From Octopus sinensis (lineage: Eukaryota), in contig NW_021835218.1 of the NCBI RefSeq assembly GCF_006345805.1, forward strand, positions 1-43,322: a stretch of DNA of 43,322 nucleotides, read 5' to 3'. The notes below the pieces were generated by a model, which saw only the letters and a list, made by a program, of their open reading frames with translations, ran no database searches and was not told the DNA's origin. Positions within the stretch are counted from its first letter, which is position 1; every line of letters starts with the position of its first letter. Of the stretch, positions 33,670 to 43,322 are shown in pieces. Position numbers and translations under genes: made by a program.

Positions 33670-34030
33670 TTGACCCAAGTATCACACGCTATCATACAAC
33701 GCTGATCACAATGCGCTTCCAATTCTGTTTTGCTTCCGCCTTTCTTTTCCATCATGACCCAAATCGCTTAACCGTGCCGTCTTCCCATCGTCGTGGAGGC
33801 CTTCCAAGTGCTCTTAGCCAATTCCTTGGATATTTCTCGGTAACCGCAGGTATTCCACATTTGGTCTGCAAACCTCGCAACATGTCCGACCCAGTGAAAC
33901 TCCTGCTTTCGGTTTTCTGCGGTCACATCGTTCATTTCGCTCCAATCGAATTTGCTTTCGTAAGGACGTTCCTAGCGTGGATCTTTCAACGTTCTATCCT
34001 CTTCGGAGTGAAACCTCGTCTCACTTGCGT
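33670..34030 (-). pseudogene. RTE-clade LINE RT C-terminal remnant
   Basis: Minus strand FHWVGHVARFADQMW...GRPPRRWEDG...WKRKAEAKQNW with frameshifts. Confidence 0.8.
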
Positions 34031-34044
34031 ATAAGACTGCAGGT

Positions 34045-34452
34045 GAGGCGCAGGGTGGTTCCAGGTTCAGTCCAATTGCATGGTACCTTGGTCAAGTGTC
34101 TTCCACTTTAGCCTCGGGCTGACCAAAGCCTTGTGAGTGGATTTGGTAGAAGAAAACTGAAAGAAAAAAAAAACCTGTCGTATATGTATTCCATCCTTGT
34201 TTTTGTATACATTCGCTGCTTTCTTCCGAGGAATCTAATGCTCTTAGCTTAGTTTTTCCTTGGGGGTTGGCCAGATTGGAGCAATCTCAAGAATAATCAA
34301 CCGAAATTGCGAGGATAATCTGGTGGTTGACTGAAGAAAGAAAACTCCGAATGATCTGTCCTTGTTTTCTTTGTATCGTCTACCTGGATGTTTTGTTGTC
34401 CCTTTTTGTATCACCTAACTATCCGGATGTTTTGCGTTCTTGTCCCATTTTG

Positions 34453-34520
<68 letters not shown>

Positions 34521-34890
34521 TATACATATACATATATATATATGACGGGCTTCTTTCTGTTTCCGTCAACCAAATCCAGTCACATGGTTGTCCCGAGGCT
34601 ATAGAAGATACTGGCGGAAGTTGCCACGCAGTGGGACTGAACCCAGAACTATGTGGTTGGGAAGCAAACTTCTTACCACACAGCCATCCCTGCACCTGTG
34701 TGTGTGTGTGTATTTGTCCTCCCACCATCACTTGACAACCGATGTTGGTGTGTTTACGTCCTCGTAACTTAGCGATTCGGCATAAGAGACCGATAGATCA
34801 AGTCCTAGGTTTACAAAGAATAAGTTTTTTCTGACTGAAGGCGGTGCTCCAGCATGGTCCAATCTAGTGACTGAAACAAGTAAAAAAATA
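34045..34890. mobile_element. SINE family A fragments in both orientations with intervening repeats
   Basis: + head 34045-34185, - head ~34543-34697, + tail ~34700-34888. Confidence 0.7.
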
Positions 34891-35922
34891 AAGCAAAACA
34901 GAGGCCAACATAGAAGCCAGCGAAATGAAAGGCGCGCTGCACACACACACACTCAAGCGACGGCCGCCATTGCGGCATGGTCCCCGCGAAAGCGGGAAAC
35001 CACCAACAACAAGCGACCGAACAGTAACAGAAACAACAACAACAACAACAATAAGACAAGAGAACACTAACTGACGGGTATGGATGAAAAAAAATATGTT
35101 TGATTAGACATAAAACTAGCTGTCGTCTGCCACATGGAAGGATTATATCGCCATTGATTGGAAAGACAGTGTCAGCTTTTGGTTTTACACAGCTTTGCAG
35201 TTTTTTCAGTTATATTGACATGTCTGTGAGTGTGTGTTTCTTTCTTTCCATCCGTCTGTCTGTCTGTCTCTATCTATCTATCTACCTACCTACCCGTCTA
35301 TGTCTCTATCTATCTATCTACCTACCCGTCTATGTCTCTATCTATCTATCTATCTACCCGTCTATGTTTCTATCAATCTATCTACATTTATAGATAGATA
35401 TACACGGATATTGTCTCACACTTGTGTGTACATCTGTTTATGCATTTGTATAGGTATCTCACTCACCCCTCTCTCCCTATACACACACATATATATATAT
35501 ATATATACATACACACAAATACACGTATTTAGTACATATATTTAAGACATGTCTCTATATATATATGTGCGTCTATATGTATGTTAATAGACGTGTTTGT
35601 ATGTGTGTGTGTATATATATATACATACATTAATATTGTAGGTACATACACATATCATATACAAACATACTTATATGTGCGTATATATTGAGATATATAT
35701 ATTTTATGTTATATTTTTATATATTTAATATTTTATATATAAGAAACACCTGCAAAATTATGTTTTTTCCAAGTAAAATAAAACATTTTTGTCGGCTTTA
35801 AAAGTACTTTTTTGTATTCAGAGAGAAAACGTGTCAGAATATGATGTTGCTGTTTAGCCCCAGGTCAGTCCTGATCCAGGCAGACCTATGATCAAAGATG
35901 TTCCAATCATGAGCAGCCTGTC

Positions 35923-36012
<90 letters not shown>

Positions 36013-36146
36013 CGGAGATGTACTCGCATAGCAAGTAATTTGATCTGAGAGTGCTGAAACGAAAACAATTGCAGCGTGGAAGGTGTTTATAAGCCATTTA
36101 AGAAACACACAAAAGCCGTTCGATTCACTTAAACATTTAAGTTTAA

Positions 36147-36196
36147 TTTGTCAAAATATTTTCGTCGCTAAAATCCGCGACCTGTTCACTGACAAA
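36147..36196 (-). ncRNA. Minimal type I HHR with compensatory G3:C8 core (copy 1)
   Basis: TTTGTCA GTGAACA g GTCGC ggatttta GCGAC GAA AATATT T TGACAAA: perfect 7 bp helix I, perfect 5 bp stem II, palindromic helix III, U17. Confidence 0.7.
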
Positions 36197-36212
36197 GTCC
36201 GTGCTGCATCTC

Positions 36213-36277
<65 letters not shown>

Positions 36278-36411
36278 CGGAGATGTACTCGCATAGCAAG
36301 TAATTTGATCTGAGAGTGCTGAAACGAAAACAATTGCAGCGTGGAAGGTGTTTATAAGCCATTTAAGAAACACACAAAAGCCGTTCGATTCACTTAAACA
36401 TTTAAGTTTAA

Positions 36412-36461
36412 TTTGTCAAAATATTTTCGTCGCTAAAATCCGCGACCTGTTCACTGACAAA
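36412..36461 (-). ncRNA. Minimal type I HHR with compensatory G3:C8 core (copy 2)
   Basis: Identical to 36147-36196. Confidence 0.7.
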
Positions 36462-36473
36462 GTCCGTGCTGCA

Positions 36474-36513
<40 letters not shown>

Positions 36514-36584
36514 CATACATACATATGAAATTGAAGTTTTCTCAGTGTGTGTCTGTATACAAAATTTTAATGTACTCTTTACTC

Positions 36585-36965
36585 TTACTCTTTTACTTGT
36601 TTCAGTCATTTGACTGCGGCCATGCTGGAGCACCACCTTTTAGTCGAGCAAGTCGACCCCGGGACTTATTCTTTGTAAGCCCAGTACTTATTCTATCGGT
36701 CTGTTTTGCCGAACCGCTAAGTGACGGGGACGTAAACACACCAGCATCGGTTGTCAAGCAATGCTAGGGGGACAAACACAGACACACACGCATATATATA
36801 TACGACAGGCTTCTTTCAGTTTCCGTCTACCAAATCCACTCACAAGGCATTGGTGGGCCCGGGGCTATAGCAGAAGACACTTGCCCAAGATGCCACGCAG
36901 TGGGACTGAACCCGGAACCATGTGGTTGGTTAGCAAGCTACTTACCACACAGCCACTCCTGCGTC
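36585..36965 (-). mobile_element. tRNA-derived SINE family A (full length)
   Basis: Complete tail-to-head match to family A. Confidence 0.88.
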
Positions 36966-37324
36966 AATAATTTCTACATCTTTCATCCGATTTCTTTAAA
37001 ATTTTTATACACAGCTGCTTCATATCCCAGACACGAACATAGGCTACTTAGATTTTAGGGGAAAAAATCGATATTGGGGCCTCTAAAGCGATGGGAAACC
37101 AACAAAAGATGATTCCTTTCCATTTACATTAATCAGCTGTTTTATAATCTGTAGGGTCTTCCATACTTATGATATGTCTTTTTATAAAAGTGGAAGGATT
37201 TTGTCTATTTCTGTATTTCCACCAGCGACGGGGATTCAATTGACCAGGAACACGAAAAGTAAGGCGGCGAGCTGGCAGAAAGGTTAGCACGCCGCCGGGC
37301 GAAATGCTTAGCGATATTTCGTCC

Positions 37325-37593
37325 TTGTGAGTGGATTTGATAGACGGAAACTGAAAGAAGCCCGTCGTATATATGTACATATATAAATATATATGTGTGT
37401 GTGTGTGTGTGTGTTCATCCCCACCCCACCATCACTTGGTACCGATGCCGGTGAGTTTATGTATCAGTAACTTAGCAGTTCGGCAAAAGGTGGAAGATAA
37501 ATTAAATACTATGCTTACAATGAATAAGTCTAGTGGCGGTGCTCCAGCATGGCCGCAGTCGAATGACTGAAACGTGTAAAAGAGAATAAAAAA

Positions 37594-37646
<53 letters not shown>

Positions 37647-38005
37647 TATATATACTCTTACTCTTTTACTTGTTTCAGTCATTTGACTGTGGCCATGCTG
37701 GAGCACCGCCTTTTAGTCGAGCAAATCGACCCCAAGTCTCTTTTGCCGAACCGCTAAGTTACGGGGACGTAAACACACCAACATCGGTTGTCAAACACAG
37801 ACACACACACAAACACGCACACACATATATATATACATATATACGACGGGCTTCTTTCAGTTTCCATCTACCAAATCCACTCACAAGGCTTTGGTCGGCC
37901 CGGAGCTATAGCAGAAGACACTTGCCCAAGGTGCCACGCAGTGGGACTGAACCCGGAACCATGTGGTTGGTAAGCAAGCTACTTACCACACAGACACTCC
38001 TCCGC
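37325..38005. mobile_element. Two SINE family A copies, tail-to-tail (+ then -)
   Basis: ~37325-37590 (+) and ~37650-38005 (-) separated by (TA)n(CA)n. Confidence 0.75.
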
Positions 38006-38529
38006 CTGTGTATATATATATATACACACACGCACACATACAAGGCAAAACTAGACGGTTCTGTGTGTGGGTGTGTTTTTGCATACCAATGTCTGGATCG
38101 TTGTCTGCTGTGCACACACACACACACACACTCACACACATCTCTTCGTATAGGCAGTGACTGTGTGTTTAAACCAAGTTGAGTGGGGTGTGTCTGACCC
38201 CTGTTGTACTTGATATTACAGGTGGGTCAACATTATGCCAGCTGGCCCCTCGTCGTTTGTTTCATAATTAAACAATGGCCAGGGGTCTTCCCTTTGATAG
38301 GGGAACGGACGTATATACTGCTGCAGGCTTAATGTATATACACACACACTGAAACACACACATGTATACGCGTATACATATAAGTATGTGTGTGTGTGTG
38401 TGGTTTGCGTATATACGCAGGTATGTACATTCAAACGTATATGATTTGGTCCCGTTGTACACATATCTATATGCATACACCCGTGTATATATGTACGGAA
38501 TACACACACACACACATAGAATATATATA

Positions 38530-39020
38530 CAGGAGTGGCTGTGTGGTAAGTAGCTTGCTACCAACCACATGGTTCCGGGTTCAGTCCCACTGCGTTGCAC
38601 CTTGGGCAAGTGTCTTCTGCTATAGCCTCGGGCCGACCAAAGCCTTGTGAGTGGATTTGGTAGACGGAAACTGAAAGGCGGCGAAATGGCAGAAACGTTA
38701 GCACGCCGGGCGAAATGCCTAGCAGTATTTTGTCTGCCGTTACGTTCTGAGTTCAAATTCCGCCGAGTTACGCACTGGGGTCAATCTAATCGACTTAATA
38801 CCTATGTCTGTCCTTGTTTGTCCCCTCTGTTTAGCCCCTTGTGGGCAATAAAGAAATAGGAAACTGAAATAAACCCGTCGTATGTGCGCGCGCGCTGTTT
38901 GTGTGTCTCTGTTTGTCCCCCCCACCATCACTTGACAACTGATGTTGGTGTGTTTACGTCCTGGTAACCTAGCCGTTCGGCAAAAAGAGCGATAGAATAA
39001 TTACTAGGCTTACAAAGAAT
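38530..39020 (+). mobile_element. SINE family A interrupted by SINE family B (~38677-38860)
   Basis: Family A head, then ggcggcgaaatggcagaaacgttagcacgccggg..., then family A tail. Confidence 0.75.
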
Positions 39021-39205
39021 AATACAGCTCTATATTTCAGAGATGAGTAATTATTTACATTATTTACATTTGATGGATATTTGTCCTCGTCTTGTTTGTT
39101 GTTAACACAACGTTTCGGCTGATCTACCCTCTGCATCTTATAGCAGAAACATCTGTTAGCTAGTGAATTACACAATCATTTTATTTTTGTCGTCTCTCTT
39201 TCTCA

Positions 39206-39209
<4 letters not shown>

Positions 39210-39282
<73 letters not shown>
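39210..39282. repeat. (GA)n microsatellite
   Basis: Perfect GA run. Confidence 0.98.
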
Positions 39283-39285
<3 letters not shown>

Positions 39286-39444
39286 GCAAACACCTTTGAC
39301 AGGTGTCTTTCCTTCCTGCTGCATTCATTAAAGGCAACTAACAATGATTCCTTAATTACACAAAGAATTTATATTATAACATCCTGTATTTACTTATAAA
39401 ATATCTCGCCTACATCCTCGCTCTCTCTCTGTATATACAGGTAT

Positions 39445-39735
39445 GCACGTGGCACCTTGGGCAAGTGTCTTCTACTATAGCCCCGGGCCGACCAAAGCCT
39501 TGTGAGTGGATTTGGTAGACGGAAACTGAAAGAAGCCCGTCGAATATATGTATATATAAGTGTGTATGTGTGTGTGTATATGTTTATTTGTCTGTGTTTG
39601 TCTCCCCAACATCGCTTGACAACCGATAGAATAAGTATTAGGCTTCCAGAGCATAAGTCCTGGGGTCGATTTGCTCAACTAAAGGCAGTGCTCCAGCATG
39701 GCCACACTCAAATGACTGAAACAGGTAAAAGAATA
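39445..39735 (+). mobile_element. SINE family A (5' truncated)
   Basis: gtggcaccttgggcaagtg through gactgaaacaggtaaaag. Confidence 0.8.
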
Positions 39736-39875
39736 AAAGAATATGAGAGAGAGAGTAGAAAGGGTAAGAGACAGTTGAAGATCCTTCCCTTCTTTCCTGA
39801 GCGTCAAATAATTCTTTAATTGTTCCACGTCCTCGCGTTGCTGTGTTTTTTGTGTTTTCTTGTTTGGATTAACTT

Positions 39876-39914
<39 letters not shown>

Positions 39915-39915
<1 letters not shown>

Positions 39916-41871
39916 TATATACATATATATAAGGAGCACTCCGTCGGTTACGACGACGAAGGTCCCAGCTGATACGGTCAACGGAACAGCTTACTGGTGA
40001 AATTAACGTGCCAGTGGCTGAGTACCCCACAGACACATGTACCCTTAACGTAGTTCTGAGGGAGATTCAGCGTGACACAGAGTGTGACAAGGCTGGCCCT
40101 TGTTTTGAAATACAGGTACAACTCATTTTTGCCAGTTGAGTGGACTGGAGCAGCTTGAAATAAAGTGTCTTGCTCAAGGACACAACGCGTCGCCGGGAAT
40201 CGAACTCACGACTTTACGATAGTGAGCCGATTGCCCGAACCATTAAGCCACTCGCCTTCATACACACACACACACACCCGTACACACACATTCACACACA
40301 TACACACACATATATACACAAACACACTTATGGAAATGTATGCAAATTGTAGCTTTGTGTGTTTGTAGAACATCGGCCAGTAGTGACCTCTAGCGCCAAA
40401 GACTAATACAAAAATAACCGACCCAATACCTAACCCATCCGTACCACCCCTCTCACCCCTTGTCCAATAAGAAAACCGATTAATCCCTTCACCCTGACCC
40501 TGTGAAACCTACCCCCACCACAATCACCATCTCCCCCTCCCAGTACCACCAACCTGCCCCGTTTCCGTCCTAATACCCTTAATGCTAGCACAGTCACCTA
40601 CGATGCACCCTTATTATTTCACTTTTCATGTACCCGTTTTCGTCTCTTTCAGTTCGTATGTCCACCCGTTTCTTTCTCGCTCTGTCTCTCTCTCTCATTC
40701 TCTTTCGTTCAAACGACGGGTGGTCGTAGGAAATATATTAAAAACATGGAGCTGAACCGGGTAAAAAGATTAAGGGATATACACACACACATACATGTAT
40801 GCGTGTATGTATATATATATGCATATATTACATACCTATATACATAAACACATATATATACATACACACAACATATATGCTATATACCCATATATATATA
40901 TATATATACATATATATAAGGAGCACTCCGTCGGTTACGACGACGAAGGTCCCAGCTGATACGGTCAACGGAACAGCTTACTGGTGAAATTAACGTGCAG
41001 TGGCTGAGTACCCCACAGACACATGTACCCTTAACGTAGTTCTGAGGGAGATTCAGCGTGACACAGAGTGTGACAAGGCTGGCCCTTGTTTTGAAATACA
41101 GGTACAACTCATTTTTGCCAGTTGAGTGGACTGGAGTAGCTTGAAATAAAGTGTCTTGCTCAAGGACACAACGCGTCGCCGGGAATCGAACTCACGACTT
41201 ACGATAGTGAGCCGATTGCCCGAACCATTAAGCCCTCGCCTTCATACACACACACACACACCGTCACACACATTCACACACATACACACACATATATACA
41301 CAAACACACTTATGGAAATGTATGCAAATTGTAGCTTTGTGTGTTGTAGAACATCGGCCAGTAGTGACCTCTAGCGCCAAAGACTAATACAAAAATAACC
41401 GACCCAATACCTAACCCATCCGTACCACCCCTCTCACCCCTTGTCCAATAAGAAAACCGATTAATCCCTTCACCCTGACCCTGTGAAACCTACCCCCACC
41501 ACAATCACCATCTCCCCCTCCCAGTACCACCAACCTGCCCCGTTTCCGTCCTAATACCCTTAATGCTAGCACAGTCACCTACGATGCACCCTTATATTAT
41601 CACTTTTCATGTACCCGTTTTCGTCTCTTTCAGTTCGTATGTCCACCCGTTTCTTTCTCGCTCGTCTCTCTCTCTCATTCTCTTTCGTTCAAACGACGGG
41701 TGTCGTAGGAAATATATTAAAAACATGGAGCTGAACCGGGTAAAAAGATTAAGGGATATACATACACACATACATGTATGCGTGTATGTATATATATATG
41801 CATATATATACATACCTATATACATAAACACATATATATACATACACACAAACATATATGCATATATACCC

Positions 41872-41885
<14 letters not shown>
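39915..41885. repeat. Tandem duplication, two ~985 bp copies (SINE family C on minus strand plus a C-rich segment)
   Basis: aaggagcactccgtcgg at 39931 and 40918; copies differ mainly by 1-bp indels. Confidence 0.92.
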
Positions 41886-41924
<39 letters not shown>

Positions 41925-42349
41925 TATTTACATGTGTCTGTGTGTGTGTGTAAAGGTATATATAGCATTGTTGGTGTTGGTTGTGATGGGGGAAGTGGCG
42001 GTGGTTATTTTGTTTATCCCACCTCATTCCATTTTTCTTATGTCAGAACGAATTCTTGTCCAAACAGGTGAATGGTTACAAGGATGTGTCGTCGGAAAGG
42101 CCCATAAGGTCGAAATAATCGTCTGATCGGAATGTTCTCGCTGCCCCCTGCTGAGAAGAACCTTCATTTCTGATATTGTGTTTTTAGGACAGTAAGTCCA
42201 TATGAGATATTATCTCGGGGAAAAATACAGCAGTTACTGGCCTATCAATAATGTATATACATTAAGTTTGATACATAAGGGGTTGTTTTAATTAAATATT
42301 GTATTAATTGCGAATACAAGATTTATTATCAATCACACTGCGTCTTCGA

Positions 42350-42532
42350 TTATCGACTGGAATGGCTGAAATCTCGCAGAAGTTTGTAACAGCACGCAGG
42401 ATCACCTTTTGTGATGGGCCTTATCAATTTCCTTTGGGTTGCAACGATGGGTCTTTGGCTGGTGAAGTATGCTTCGACCACGTATGCAATTTGTTTTGGG
42501 GTCCACGATATTACGAGGGCCACCAACACCAA
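42350..42532 (-). pseudogene. Tc1/mariner-superfamily DUF4817-type N-terminal remnant
   Basis: SWTPKQIAYVVEAYFTSQRPIVATQRK resembles the N-terminus at 3938. Confidence 0.5.
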
Positions 42533-42589
42533 CTACCCGTGAGAAATAGTAAACTCTTAGATGGGTTGAACTACTGAATGTATATTCTC

Positions 42590-42750
42590 ATACTTGTTTC
42601 AGTCATGTGACTGCGGCCATGCTGGAGCACCGCCTTTAGTCGAGCAAATCGACACCAGGACTTATTCTTTGTAAGCCTAGTACTTATTCTATCAGTCTCT
42701 TTTGCCGAACCGCTAAGTTACAGGGACGTAAACACACCAGCATCGGTTCT
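42590..42750 (-). mobile_element. SINE family A tail
   Basis: ttgtttcagtcatgtgactgcggcc...acaccagcatcggtt. Confidence 0.8.
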
Positions 42751-43322
42751 CAATATATATATACATATATATACATATATATATTCATAGACACAGCTAT
42801 ATACACACACATGCACACACATATGTATATATGTGTATTTGTAAATATGTGTGTATATGCATAAATATACATATATATATATCTTTAATATTTTATGCAT
42901 ATATGCACTAATATATACACAGACATACATTCATGCGCATGCTCACGCACACACACATGCGCGCGCGAGTATAACATTACCAATTGCCGCCATGATAGAC
43001 TATTAAAATTTTTGTTTGAACATGTTTACAATTTAATTTCATCCGGTATTTCTCCCCAGATACACACGAATATTAGAAGTAAATAAATAACGAAATACAC
43101 AAAGAAAGACAAGACGAAAGAAAGAAATTGGAAGAAAATAGGCAAAATAAGGATAAAAAGCTAAATTCTGTCCCTCCGTCTATCTCCATTTCGATTTGTT
43201 TTTCCAATTTTGCCACAAAAGGTTGCTTGTAAGTTTGTAATATAAGCAGATTTTCTGCGATGTATACACGAAACTTGCTCCGTCGCTTCATGAATATTCA
43301 ACAACATAAAATGGCGGATGTA

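Larger units (their letters stand above)
36010..36478 (-). repeat. Two identical 204 bp HHR-bearing units separated and flanked by (TA)n (period 265 bp)
   Basis: 36010-36213 and 36275-36478. Confidence 0.92.

Noticed and set aside
33492-34034. 180 aa plus-strand ORF
   Set aside because: Antisense to an RTE remnant and overlapping a SINE tail
34325-34365. ctgaagaaagaaaactccgaatg as a hammerhead
   Set aside because: GAAA is broken and helices cannot be formed; at most a fossil
40380-40400. CTCF-like motif (gcgctagaggtcact on minus)
   Set aside because: Mismatch in the conserved GG core; weak single match

Overview
AT-rich eukaryotic genomic DNA dense in microsatellites and SINEs. The SINE and LINE families look like those of an octopod cephalopod (inference from recognised repeats, not a database search). 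One host coding segment is well supported: the terminal exon (5364-5876, +) of a nervy/CBFA2T (MTG8/ETO-family) co-repressor, encoding the MYND finger and a long S/T/Q-rich tail, followed by a probable 3' UTR to about 8.3 kb. The rest is mostly interspersed repeats: several tRNA-derived SINE families, CR1, RTE and L1/Tx1 LINE remnants, Tc1/mariner remnants and Helitron-like non-autonomous elements. The main discovery is a set of hammerhead-ribozyme (HHR) motifs tied to Penelope-like element (PLE) sequence. A ~2 kb near-perfect palindrome (29529-31506) consists of two head-to-head PLE 3' ends, each with a GIY-YIG endonuclease C-terminus and a minimal type I HHR. A tandem pair of 204-bp elements in (TA)n carries an HHR with a compensatory G3:C8 core. 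Three short foldback elements also contain HHR motifs, one with a U3:A8 core. All structures were derived by hand; no ribozyme activity is shown. Some tandem or inverted duplications could be assembly artefacts. No CRISPR, rRNA or true tRNA genes were found.
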